DNA of 32,000 nucleotides from Candidatus Saccharimonadota bacterium (lineage in GTDB: Bacteria > Patescibacteriota > Saccharimonadia > Saccharimonadales > Saccharimonadaceae), in NCBI GenBank assembly GCA_016700015.1, contig CP064995.1, positions 510,001-542,000 on the forward strand. Reading direction: 5' to 3'. The notes under the pieces are model-generated. The model was given only the letters and a program-made list of their open reading frames with translations. It did not search any database and was not told the origin of the DNA. Positions 1-6,412 of the stretch are shown piece by piece. The number at the start of each line of letters is the position of its first letter. The stretch's first letter is position 1. Made by a program: the position numbers and the translations under genes.

Positions 1-150
1 TCGTGCAGCGATGCCGTCAAGCATGTCGGTCACGATCGCCACACAGTACATAATGAGTGCCGCTAGCCATAGGTGCTGCAGTATCGCGACCACTACGGTG
101 CCCGCAAGCAGCAGGCGGCAGAGCGTCAGCAGATCGGCAAAGTACTTCAT
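1..150 (-). CDS. CDP-alcohol phosphatidyltransferase family protein, first 50 codons only (gene runs off the window start)
   Basis: Not in the ORF track because it is under 60 aa. The reverse complement of 1-150 reads MKYFADLLTLCRLLLAGTVVVAILQHLWLAALIMYCVAIVTDMLDGIAAR. This is a hydrophobic helix followed by the D-x2-DG-x2-AR signature of CDP-alcohol phosphatidyltransferases. AAGGAG lies 8 nt upstream of the ATG (148-150). Confidence 0.7.
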   Translation of the reverse strand, partial: MKYFADLLTLCRLLLAGTVVVAILQHLWLAALIMYCVAIVTDMLDGIAAR

Positions 151-242
151 GGCAATAGCTCCTTGTCTCTTGTCTACGTCACGAAAATTATCTGTATTAT
201 ATCACTTCATAATTGTTATCGCAAATCAATCGTTATCCATGT

Positions 243-271
243 TTGTGTTTTATGAATAAAGATAGTATAAT
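243..271 (+). promoter_or_regulatory. Putative sigma70-type promoter for the 321-1021 cassette
   Basis: TTGTGT (243-248), a 17-nt spacer, then TATAAT (266-271), in an AT-rich spacer. The leader of about 45 nt carries GAGGAG before the ATG at 321. Confidence 0.4.
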
Positions 272-320
272 ATTGCATGATAGGGTGCCGCTGGCGCTCT
301 CGTACCAGAGGAGTGTCCTC

Positions 321-830
321 ATGAACCGTACTCACAGCCCCTTCGCATGGCTGATCGGCCTACTAGCCGCCAGCTTCATCGTGTCAGGTGTGGCGACCGT
401 CATCGCCTCCCCCAGTGGCATCAGCGTGCTCATCATACTTTGCACTGGTTTTGCATGCGTGCTAGTGTGGGCGGTAAGTCTCGATTACTACCGCAAACCT
501 CGCCTACACACATCAATCATGACAGACTTGTGGGTGATTCGCAGAAACCCAACACTTCACAAGAACTTCACGCTGAGCGATCTGGCCGAGAGCGGCAATG
601 ACGTCGCCTACATGACCCTCAAGTCCGGTGCGTCGTATCGACTCGGGCCGGTGAGCACCCTGACTGACTTCACGGCACGCGTGGGTGACCTCGTGACCAT
701 CAAGCGCACGGGTGGCATTGTGACTGGTAACTGGAGGGCCGAGGTCATCTCGGTCGTGCCGGCCGAGCTGCTGCCGCTGGCAAAAGGAACGCCCGCGCCC
801 AGCCAAGCTCCACCCAAGGCCGCATCGTGA
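321..830 (+). CDS. Hypothetical membrane protein (2 TM hairpin plus C-terminal ~110-aa domain), GC-rich cassette
   Basis: Track ORF 213-830 trimmed to the ATG at 321 (MNRTHSPF...), with GAGGAG at 309-314. Two hydrophobic helices (FAWLIGLLAASFIVSGVATVIA, ISVLIILCTGFACVLVWAVSL) precede a soluble domain and a Pro/Ala-rich tail. Confidence 0.7.
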   Translation: MNRTHSPFAWLIGLLAASFIVSGVATVIASPSGISVLIILCTGFACVLVWAVSLDYYRKPRLHTSIMTDLWVIRRNPTLHKNFTLSDLAESGNDVAYMTLKSGASYRLGPVSTLTDFTARVGDLVTIKRTGGIVTGNWRAEVISVVPAELLPLAKGTPAPSQAPPKAAS

Positions 831-1021
831 TCTGGGTTATTGTCGGCCTGCTGGCAATCGTCGTTGGCGTCGTCCTCACCACGCACGGCTTCACCATGCA
901 CATGCTCGGCTCGGGCGGCGGAGATACGTTCTCCGACCTCGGCATGGGCAAGTGGGTCATGGTACTCGGGGTTGTCATTGCGGCAACCGGAGCATGGCTC
1001 ACCCTTGCTCACGTCGGCTAA
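827..1021 (+). CDS. Small hypothetical membrane protein (2 TM, 64 aa)
   Basis: The GTG start overlaps the upstream stop (GTGA at 827-830), which suggests translational coupling. The product has two hydrophobic helices and the same GC-rich composition as the upstream gene. Confidence 0.55.
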   Translation: MIWVIVGLLAIVVGVVLTTHGFTMHMLGSGGGDTFSDLGMGKWVMVLGVVIAATGAWLTLAHVG

Positions 1022-1069
1022 CCGACACTGGCGTCTGCGCGTTCACGCGTGCAGGCGCCGTTTTCATTT

Positions 1070-1078
1070 TGCTATAGT
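1070..1078 (+). promoter_or_regulatory. Extended -10 promoter (TGcTATAGT), leaderless configuration
   Basis: TGC followed by TATAGT (1073-1078), ending exactly 6 nt before the ATG at 1085. No usable SD spacing. Confidence 0.5.
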
Positions 1079-1084
1079 AGAGGT

Positions 1085-1492
1085 ATGTCGACACTATTTG
1101 ACCACATCGCCATATGGCTGCTCGATCTCGTCAGCAGTACCAGGCGTGTCGCAGGGCTTTACCTCGCCAATTTCATATTTTGTACGCTCGTGTATATGTT
1201 TGCCGAACATGTGAGTTTGTTCGACGCTATGTGGTGGTGCATTGTCACGTGGTTTACAGTAGGATACGGAGATAATATCCCGCACACAATAGAAGGTAAG
1301 TTATTTACGATGTATGCCATTATTACGTCGCATGCACTCATTGTGCTGATTACTGCTAACTTTGTGATAATGCTGGGCCGCTACCGCAATAAACGTCATG
1401 CCCACCGTTATGACTTTTGCAAAAAACACCGTGAAGCTCTGTCCGAATCAGTCACGTGTGAGGAATGTAACTCTCCGCTATCATTTTTCTAG
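1085..1492 (+). CDS. Minimal two-TM potassium channel (KcsA/Kcv-like pore only) with Cys/His-rich C-terminal tail
   Basis: The canonical K+ selectivity filter TVGYGD is encoded at 1256-1273. It is flanked by an outer helix (VAGLYLANFIFCTLVYMFAE), a pore helix (LFDAMWWCIVTWF) and an inner helix (KLFTMYAIITSHALIVLITANFVIML). There is no RCK or voltage-sensor domain. The start at 1085 is preferred over the GTG at 1049. Confidence 0.8.
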   Translation: MSTLFDHIAIWLLDLVSSTRRVAGLYLANFIFCTLVYMFAEHVSLFDAMWWCIVTWFTVGYGDNIPHTIEGKLFTMYAIITSHALIVLITANFVIMLGRYRNKRHAHRYDFCKKHREALSESVTCEECNSPLSFF

Positions 1493-1494
1493 CG

Positions 1495-2202
1495 CTAGAG
1501 TGTAATCAGTGTGCCAACTTGTTCGCCGGCCGCTGCTCGCGCTATATTGCCTTCGGTGAGCAGCGCACAAATAATCACTGGTTTTTTGTCTTCCATCGCA
1601 AGCCCAATAGCAGCCTTGTCCATAACAGCGATGTTGGGGTTGCTCAGTGCTTCTTGGTAGCTAATTTTGTCGAATTTTCGCGCAGATGAGTCTTTGGCAG
1701 GGTCGGCGTTGTACACACCATCGACTTTGGTCGTTTTTATAACGACATCGCACTTCATTTCGAGTGCTAAGCTCAGCGCCGCGGTATCAGTAGTGAGGAA
1801 TGGTCGGCCAATACCACCACCGACTATCACCACACGACCCTTGCCAAGATGGTGCTCAGCGCGGCGATACGTGTAGCGATCAATAAATTGTTCGACTGGT
1901 ACACTACTCAGCGCCACGGTCGGCACATGCATAGCGTTAAAGATATCACTTACCACCACGGCGTTCATAATCGTCGCGAGCATACCGGTGTTATGCGCTG
2001 TCACTTCGCCAATGCCGTGGCCCGCCAGCTGTGCCCCGCGAGCGTAGTTACCACCACCGACCATTACCACTACCTGCGTGCCATTTGTTAGCAGGGGACG
2101 GATTTGCTCGGCAATCCATTTTACCCGCTCGGCATCCACGCCACCCTGTAGATTACCCTGTAATTGTTCACCTGAAAGTTTGAGGAGAATACGCTTATAC
2201 AT
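1495..2202 (-). CDS. pyrH: UMP kinase
   Basis: 235 aa. The N-terminus MYKRILLKLSGEQLQG and the overall length and pattern (VVVMVGGGNYARG, GRVVIVGGGIGRPFLTTDTAAL) are typical of bacterial PyrH. Confidence 0.93.
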   Translation of the reverse strand: MYKRILLKLSGEQLQGNLQGGVDAERVKWIAEQIRPLLTNGTQVVVMVGGGNYARGAQLAGHGIGEVTAHNTGMLATIMNAVVVSDIFNAMHVPTVALSSVPVEQFIDRYTYRRAEHHLGKGRVVIVGGGIGRPFLTTDTAALSLALEMKCDVVIKTTKVDGVYNADPAKDSSARKFDKISYQEALSNPNIAVMDKAAIGLAMEDKKPVIICALLTEGNIARAAAGEQVGTLITL

Positions 2203-2208
2203 AGTCCC

Positions 2209-2217
2209 AGTATAGCA
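2209..2217 (-). promoter_or_regulatory. Extended -10 promoter (TGcTATACT) for pyrH, leaderless configuration
   Basis: On the minus strand, gTGcTATACT ends 6 nt before the pyrH ATG (2200-2202). Confidence 0.5.
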
Positions 2218-2245
2218 CTTGTAATAAGCATTTATCGTAATGACA

Positions 2246-2274
2246 TTGCCTTTGCATAGTTTTTATTGTATAAT
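2246..2274 (+). promoter_or_regulatory. Putative promoter for lipoprotein gene 2318
   Basis: TTGCCT (2246-2251), 17 nt, then TATAAT (2269-2274). The leader of about 40 nt carries GGGAG at 2304-2308. Confidence 0.45.
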
Positions 2275-2317
2275 GGTATTAGTTCTTCGACAACCAAGTG
2301 AACGGGAGTTGTGTCTT

Positions 2318-2830
2318 ATGTCCAAGTTCCTTCGAGTTTTATCTGCCCTCCTGGCTACAGCCAGTCTGGCTGCATGTAGCGACTCGCAGTCACGGTCGCC
2401 GCGAGTTGACATCGCGACTGGACAAACCAGCACTACCATCACACGTGTCGTGCTGATCGACGGCACCCCTTGTGCCGTCATCGACACCGCCTACTCGGCT
2501 GCCGTCGGCTGCGACTGGAACAGCCGCGAAGCCACCACGGGTACAACACCCGAAGGTAGCGGTACGACAAAGGTAACGCTGGTGGTCCTTTCAAACGGTG
2601 TGCGCTGTGCCGTCATGGACACCACCGCCAAGGCGCTGGACTGTGGCTGGGGCGCCAAGCACGGCGCTCCGTCGTACGAGCCGAAAGGCGAGCGAGGTAT
2701 TCGCGTCGACACCTTCCAGTTGGGAGGCGTGACCTGTGCTGTTATGGACGGAGTGGGCGACAAGGCCGGTACCAAAGCGCTCTCGTGCGGTAGCCCCGCC
2801 GAGACCCCTACGGTCAAAACCACTCCCTGA
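2318..2830 (+). CDS. Secreted lipoprotein with three tandem Cys-pair repeat modules (GC-rich cassette)
   Basis: Track ORF trimmed to MSKFLRVLSALLATASLAAC, a signal peptide with lipobox LAAC. It contains three ~28-aa repeats: ITRVVLIDGTPCAVIDTAYSAAVGCDW, KVTLVVLSNGVRCAVMDTTAKALDCGW and IRVDTFQLGGVTCAVMDGVGDKAGTKALSCG. Confidence 0.8.
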   Translation: MSKFLRVLSALLATASLAACSDSQSRSPRVDIATGQTSTTITRVVLIDGTPCAVIDTAYSAAVGCDWNSREATTGTTPEGSGTTKVTLVVLSNGVRCAVMDTTAKALDCGWGAKHGAPSYEPKGERGIRVDTFQLGGVTCAVMDGVGDKAGTKALSCGSPAETPTVKTTP

Positions 2831-2844
2831 CAGCATGTCAAGAA

Positions 2845-2920
2845 CCACATTGGCGAGGGGACAATCCCTCGCCAATGTGGCAAACATATTTTTATGCCCG
2901 TTTACGGGTGTTTTTTATAT
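2845..2920 (+). terminator. Intrinsic terminator(s) after the lipoprotein gene
   Basis: A perfect 15-bp stem, CCACATTGGCGAGGG (2845-2859) with CCCTCGCCAATGTGG (2866-2880), is followed by CAAACATATTTTTA. A second small hairpin CCCG-TTTA-CGGG (2897-2908) is followed by TGTTTTTTA. Confidence 0.75.
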
Positions 2921-2929
2921 TCCAATTAG

Positions 2930-2958
2930 TTGCATTATTTTTAAATAAATGATATAAT
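2930..2958 (+). promoter_or_regulatory. Putative promoter for gene 3016
   Basis: TTGCAT (2930-2935), 17 nt, then TGaTATAAT (-10 at 2953-2958). The leader carries AAAGGAG at 3002-3008. Confidence 0.5.
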
Positions 2959-3015
2959 TTTACATTAAGCCACGTGACTTGTCACGCTACGAACCTACCA
3001 TAAAGGAGTGCAGCC

Positions 3016-3552
3016 ATGCTTGACTACTTGCCTTGGTTCATCGATATGTCGAACCTCGAATACTGGGCCGTCGGCATCGTGGTGGCCGTATCGATTGTCA
3101 CATCGATTGTTTGCCTCTTCTGGCTCGGCTATCTGGTCTTCGAGGCCGGCTACTACGACGACAGCCTGCTGTGGCTAAAGCGGTTGCTCGCACTCATCGC
3201 GACGATCATCGCCATCTTCATGGTGCTTTCGGGTATCAAGTCGTACGGGCTGGCATCAGATCAATACGACTATCAAGGCGCGTACCTTGACTCATCAGTG
3301 AGTACGGTGAGCAGCCTGGCGATTGTTGTCCGTCAGCCTGGTGAAGGCGCAACGGTGCTGAAAGACGGGCGTGGACCGATTGAGGTTACGGTCGCCATCA
3401 AGGGCAACAAGGGCTCGATCTCAAGTAAGGTGTATCTGTGCCGCGCAACAGAATGCTCGGGCCTCACCGTCGGTCAGCCCATCGGCTGGCTGGTGTACCG
3501 CCCCTATGGAGATGCGACCTGGCACCTATTGCCGCCCGGCGCTTCGCGCTAG
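3016..3552 (+). CDS. Hypothetical membrane protein (2 TM plus C-terminal beta-rich domain), GC-rich cassette
   Basis: 178-aa ORF with a strong SD (AAAGGAG) 7 nt upstream. Two hydrophobic helices precede a ~95-aa domain ending ...GQPIGWLVYRPYGD, reminiscent of DUF3592-type domains (weak, by eye). Confidence 0.7.
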   Translation: MLDYLPWFIDMSNLEYWAVGIVVAVSIVTSIVCLFWLGYLVFEAGYYDDSLLWLKRLLALIATIIAIFMVLSGIKSYGLASDQYDYQGAYLDSSVSTVSSLAIVVRQPGEGATVLKDGRGPIEVTVAIKGNKGSISSKVYLCRATECSGLTVGQPIGWLVYRPYGDATWHLLPPGASR

Positions 3553-3560
3553 GCGACTCA

Positions 3561-3590
3561 CCCCCTCTTCGGAGGGGGCTATTTTATCTC
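3561..3590 (+). terminator. Intrinsic terminator of gene 3016-3552
   Basis: CCCCCTC-TTCG-GAGGGGG (3561-3578) followed by CTATTTTATCTC. Confidence 0.75.
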
Positions 3591-3598
3591 AATTTGAA

Positions 3599-3637
3599 GA
3601 GGGGTGGGTGACACACAATGTGCGTCACCCACCCCTC
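3599..3637 (-). terminator. Hairpin terminator candidate for minus-strand gene 3658-3954
   Basis: A perfect 14-bp stem, GAGGGGTGGGTGAC (3599-3612) with GTCACCCACCCCTC (3624-3637), starts 20 nt after the minus-strand stop. The downstream U-tract is only moderate (TCTTCAAATT). Confidence 0.5.
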
Positions 3638-3657
3638 AAGGGTGGAGCGGGTAGCGA

Positions 3658-3954
3658 TTAGCCGAGGACCTCGGCTGCCCACTGCTCGAGCAGGAAATCC
3701 TCGAACGGGCTATCGTGCAACGCCGCCTCGACGACAACCGACAGCCAGCCGACGGCCTCGTAGGCCTGGCGCGGCTTGTCGATGTCGATCCCGTCCTCAG
3801 TGGCGTAGGCCGCCTGGTTCAGCGCGTCACGCGCCATGGCCTCGGCCAGCCTGGCCGACAAGTCAATGGCCGTGCCGTCCGGCACGTGGCGCTGCAAGAA
3901 CGCCTGCAGACTAGCGGCGGCCTCGGCGATGCTCATCATCTTGGTCAGGTTCAC
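3658..3954 (-). CDS. Small acidic cytoplasmic hypothetical protein (98 aa), GC-rich cassette
   Basis: GTG start at 3952-3954 with GAAGGAG 7 nt upstream. No TM or signal peptide, helical and acidic sequence. It has its own consensus promoter and hairpin terminator. Confidence 0.65.
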   Translation of the reverse strand: MNLTKMMSIAEAAASLQAFLQRHVPDGTAIDLSARLAEAMARDALNQAAYATEDGIDIDKPRQAYEAVGWLSVVVEAALHDSPFEDFLLEQWAAEVLG

Positions 3955-4009
3955 GTGCGTGCTCCTTCTGTGTTCGCTCCTGCGGAGGTGCAGGAAGTCC
4001 TGATATACT

Positions 4010-4038
4010 ATTATACTCCGCTTTTGTTATTTTGTCAA
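4010..4038 (-). promoter_or_regulatory. Consensus sigma70-type promoter for 3658-3954 (minus strand)
   Basis: The minus strand reads TTGACA (4038-4033), 17 nt, then TATAAT (4015-4010). Both hexamers are perfect consensus. Confidence 0.65.
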
Positions 4039-4054
4039 TTTACTATAAATACTA

Positions 4055-4083
4055 TTGACACGTTTGTAAAAATTTGCCATAAT
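4055..4083 (+). promoter_or_regulatory. Near-consensus promoter for operon 4208-6266
   Basis: TTGACA (4055-4060), 17 nt, then TGcCATAAT (-10 at 4078-4083). It lies back-to-back with the minus-strand promoter, with the -35 boxes 16 bp apart. The leader is about 120 nt. Confidence 0.6.
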
Positions 4084-4207
4084 AGTTTTTAAGATCACAA
4101 GCTGCTGATCGGGAGGGCTCCCTAGGGAGTCTTTTCGAGTGCACGCCGTGCGATCATTGACAACCCACCGAAGAAGCAACGACTCGACCCCACGGAAAGG
4201 GGGAGCT

Positions 4208-5278
4208 ATGAAGCAGCGCATCCTCGCGGTGTTGCTTGCGGTGTTCGGCCTGTTCCTCACCACCACCCCGGCCCGTGCGGCCGATGTGGTGGACGAGGCC
4301 ATCAGTGCCCTGCAGTCCACGTCTGTGTACGTGGGCAAGGGCACGGAGCGCACCGACCAGAACAGCACCGCAAACATCAACCGCGTTCTTAAGGCGGGAG
4401 ATCACATCGTGATCGTCCTGCTCCCGAAGGGCGCGACCAAGCTGACCAATGACGAAGTGGCCGCCAAGCTGCTCAACTCCCTCAAGGAGCCAAGCATCCT
4501 GGGCCTGTACGTCAATGGTGTCTTCACAGGCCACTCAAACCGCATCCCCCAGGATGAGGCGAACAAGTTGGTCGCAAGTGCAAACGCAATTGCAACCGAC
4601 CCAACCGAGAGTGCAACAATATTCGTAAGACTGGTACACCAATACCAGGCCGCCCATCCCGAGCCGACCCCCACGGTCGGTACGACAGCCGGCGGTTCTA
4701 GTACCGGCATAAACCTGCTGATGATCCTCGGTCTGCTGTGTGCTGTTGGCGGTACCTTACTGGCGATCTATGCCAGTGGCCGCCAACAGCGCTTCTCCAC
4801 CACAGACGCCGACGCGCCCATCGAAATCCGCCAGTTCACCGAACTGGCGGACAAGCTGGCTGCAGACGTCGCACAGGTGACCAACCCGCGCGACCGCGAG
4901 AACATGAGCGTCATGCTGCGCACCCTGCGCGATGTCGTCGCCAAGACACGTCGCAAGCGGCCCCAGGTCGCCAAGGTGACCGCCAGCAACCTGGCGGAGC
5001 AGCTCAACATTATGCGCACCATTGTGGGTGGGTACCTGGACAACCAGCAGTACCCAAACCTGCGTGGCGCGCGCGAGCGTCAGTCCGGCTACAGCACAGC
5101 CTTCGGCAACTTCCGCACCTTCGCGGAGGACCGGATGGCCAACTTGTTGGCCGAAGACTACGACTCGCTTACGTTCGAGATCAACCGGTGGCGTCCCATG
5201 GACGATGCTGGTGTCCCGAGCTCGCTCGACCTCCCGACGAACAACCGTTCGTCGGGCATCCACCCGCAAGACCGATAG
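4208..5278 (+). CDS. Signal-peptide protein with extracytoplasmic N-domain, one TM, and helical cytoplasmic C-domain (hypothetical; N-domain possibly TPM/Rv1476-like)
   Basis: Track ORF trimmed to MKQRILAVLLAVFGLFLTTTPARA-AD (signal peptide), with AAAGGGGGA upstream. A mid-protein TM (INLLMILGLLCAVGGTLLAIYA) is present. The family assignment is only recollection of similar actinobacterial architectures. Confidence 0.7.
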   Translation: MKQRILAVLLAVFGLFLTTTPARAADVVDEAISALQSTSVYVGKGTERTDQNSTANINRVLKAGDHIVIVLLPKGATKLTNDEVAAKLLNSLKEPSILGLYVNGVFTGHSNRIPQDEANKLVASANAIATDPTESATIFVRLVHQYQAAHPEPTPTVGTTAGGSSTGINLLMILGLLCAVGGTLLAIYASGRQQRFSTTDADAPIEIRQFTELADKLAADVAQVTNPRDRENMSVMLRTLRDVVAKTRRKRPQVAKVTASNLAEQLNIMRTIVGGYLDNQQYPNLRGARERQSGYSTAFGNFRTFAEDRMANLLAEDYDSLTFEINRWRPMDDAGVPSSLDLPTNNRSSGIHPQDR

Positions 5279-5291
5279 AAAGAGGAATCCA

Positions 5292-6266
5292 ATGAACCTG
5301 AAGCGCATCGCTGCTACCGCAGCTGTTGTCGTGGGTCTCGGCATGGCCGCGGCCTGCAGCAGCCCGCCCGCCATCACCCCCACCTCCGCCTCGTGCGGAT
5401 TCGTGGTCGGAAGCGGTACGAACGGCGCGGACCAGGCGGTCCAGGGTGTCGTGTACCCGGGGCAGAAGCTCAGCATCGACACGCGTATCCAGGTGGTGAA
5501 GTATGTCCCGTGTAACCAACGGAACTACCTTGTCACCGACGGGACGCGCAAGAACGCCAACGACCAGGTGATCGGTGACACGTTCACCGGCATCGAGGCG
5601 TTCACCAAGGACGGCACCAAGGTTCTGGTGTATGTGGGCATGTACTGGACACCAAACCAGGACCGTGACGTCATGCTCAAGTCGTTCTTCCCTCTCTGTG
5701 ACAAGTACCAGTGCTTCTCTTCAGCGAGCCAGGATGGGCGTGGAGACGTCAACTCGTCGAGCAAGGGCTGGAACGCCATGTTGGGCGAAAACGTGCCCTT
5801 CGCCATCGGGTCCGTGCTGCGCACGAGCTTGAAAGAGATGGACGACAGTGTATGGAAGACTGGTGCGAACTGGTCGACCATCAACGCTTCTCTGGCAGAT
5901 GGATTCCAGCCGGCGTTCCGTAAGATGATCGGCGCTTCAAGCGACGTCATGTGTGGGAACGGTGAGACTAGCTACTGGACGGGCACGCCCGGCCAAGGCT
6001 CCTACACCTGTGGTAAGGTTCGGTTCGAGGTGACCAACGTCATCAACGCCGACCCGAACCAGCAGAAGCTGGCGAATGAGGAGAACGCCCAGAAGCTGGC
6101 TGAGGCCGCGAACGCTGCGCGCAAGCGCGCCGCCCTGGCGGCGTACGGCACACAAGCAGACTACTGGCTTGGGGTCCAGGACTCGATCCAGAAGTGTCAC
6201 GATGCCGGCGTCAACTGCACGGTCGTCGTTGGCAACGGTGTGAGCGTCAACCCCGCGGCCAAGTAG
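5292..6266 (+). CDS. Cys-rich lipoprotein, possibly SPFH/Band-7-like fold
   Basis: Trimmed to MNLKRIAATAAVVVGLGMAAAC (lipobox), with AGAGGA 6 nt upstream. The start is 13 nt after the upstream stop, so the two genes form an operon. The C-terminal VRFEVTNVINADPNQQKLANEENAQKLAEAANAARKRA resembles the end of SPFH domains plus a coiled-coil Ala/Gln-rich tail (by eye). Confidence 0.7.
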   Translation: MNLKRIAATAAVVVGLGMAAACSSPPAITPTSASCGFVVGSGTNGADQAVQGVVYPGQKLSIDTRIQVVKYVPCNQRNYLVTDGTRKNANDQVIGDTFTGIEAFTKDGTKVLVYVGMYWTPNQDRDVMLKSFFPLCDKYQCFSSASQDGRGDVNSSSKGWNAMLGENVPFAIGSVLRTSLKEMDDSVWKTGANWSTINASLADGFQPAFRKMIGASSDVMCGNGETSYWTGTPGQGSYTCGKVRFEVTNVINADPNQQKLANEENAQKLAEAANAARKRAALAAYGTQADYWLGVQDSIQKCHDAGVNCTVVVGNGVSVNPAAK

Positions 6267-6287
6267 TTCGCTACACGGTCGCAACCA

Positions 6288-6341
6288 GGGTCGTCCTCCG
6301 TTCGGATTCATCCGAGCGGGGGCGACCCCTCTTTTTATTTC
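6288..6341 (+). terminator. Intrinsic terminator of operon 4208-6266
   Basis: A long imperfect hairpin, GGGTCGTCCTCCGTTCGGA-TTCA-TCCGAGCGGGGGCGACCC, pairs with G-U wobbles on the plus-strand RNA. It is followed by CTCTTTTTATTT. Confidence 0.7.
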
Positions 6342-6348
6342 ACGGTAT

Positions 6349-6377
6349 TTGACATTTATATAATTTATTGCTATAAT
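6349..6377 (+). promoter_or_regulatory. Consensus promoter for gene 6413
   Basis: TTGACA (6349-6354), 17 nt, then TGcTATAAT (-10 at 6372-6377). A second TATAAT sits inside the spacer (6359-6364). Confidence 0.65.
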
Positions 6378-6412
6378 AATATATAGGGAAACTTCTAGCA
6401 AAGGAGTAGGGA

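Noticed and set aside
11-259. Plus-strand ORFs of 82 and 60 aa at the window start
   Set aside because: They are antisense to a clearly recognisable CDP-alcohol phosphatidyltransferase N-terminus (DG-x2-AR motif) and run through its SD and promoter region.
213-320. N-terminal extensions of track ORFs (213, 1049, 2240, 4139, 5022, 6840, 11694, 15221, 16428, 17494, 19003)
   Set aside because: The extended parts overlap promoters, terminators or the preceding gene. Internal starts preceded by SD sites, or by a -10 box at leaderless distance, give sensible N-termini (signal peptides, conserved enzyme N-termini).
4111-4135. GGGAG/CTCCC/GGGAG alternative pairings in the 4208 leader, considered as a terminator/antiterminator switch
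   Set aside because: The stems are only 5 bp with 2-nt loops, too weak to call. They are mentioned only as part of the long-leader observation.
4757-5482. 241-aa minus-strand ORF, and other long antisense or alternative-frame ORFs at 4154-4534, 4402-4710, 4738-5295, 5181-5519, 5525-5950 and 5937-6401
   Set aside because: They lie inside very GC-rich DNA, where stop codons are rare in all frames. They have Arg/Ala/Gly-rich low-complexity translations and no SD or promoter. They fully overlap plus-strand genes that have signal peptides, SD sites, a promoter and a terminator.
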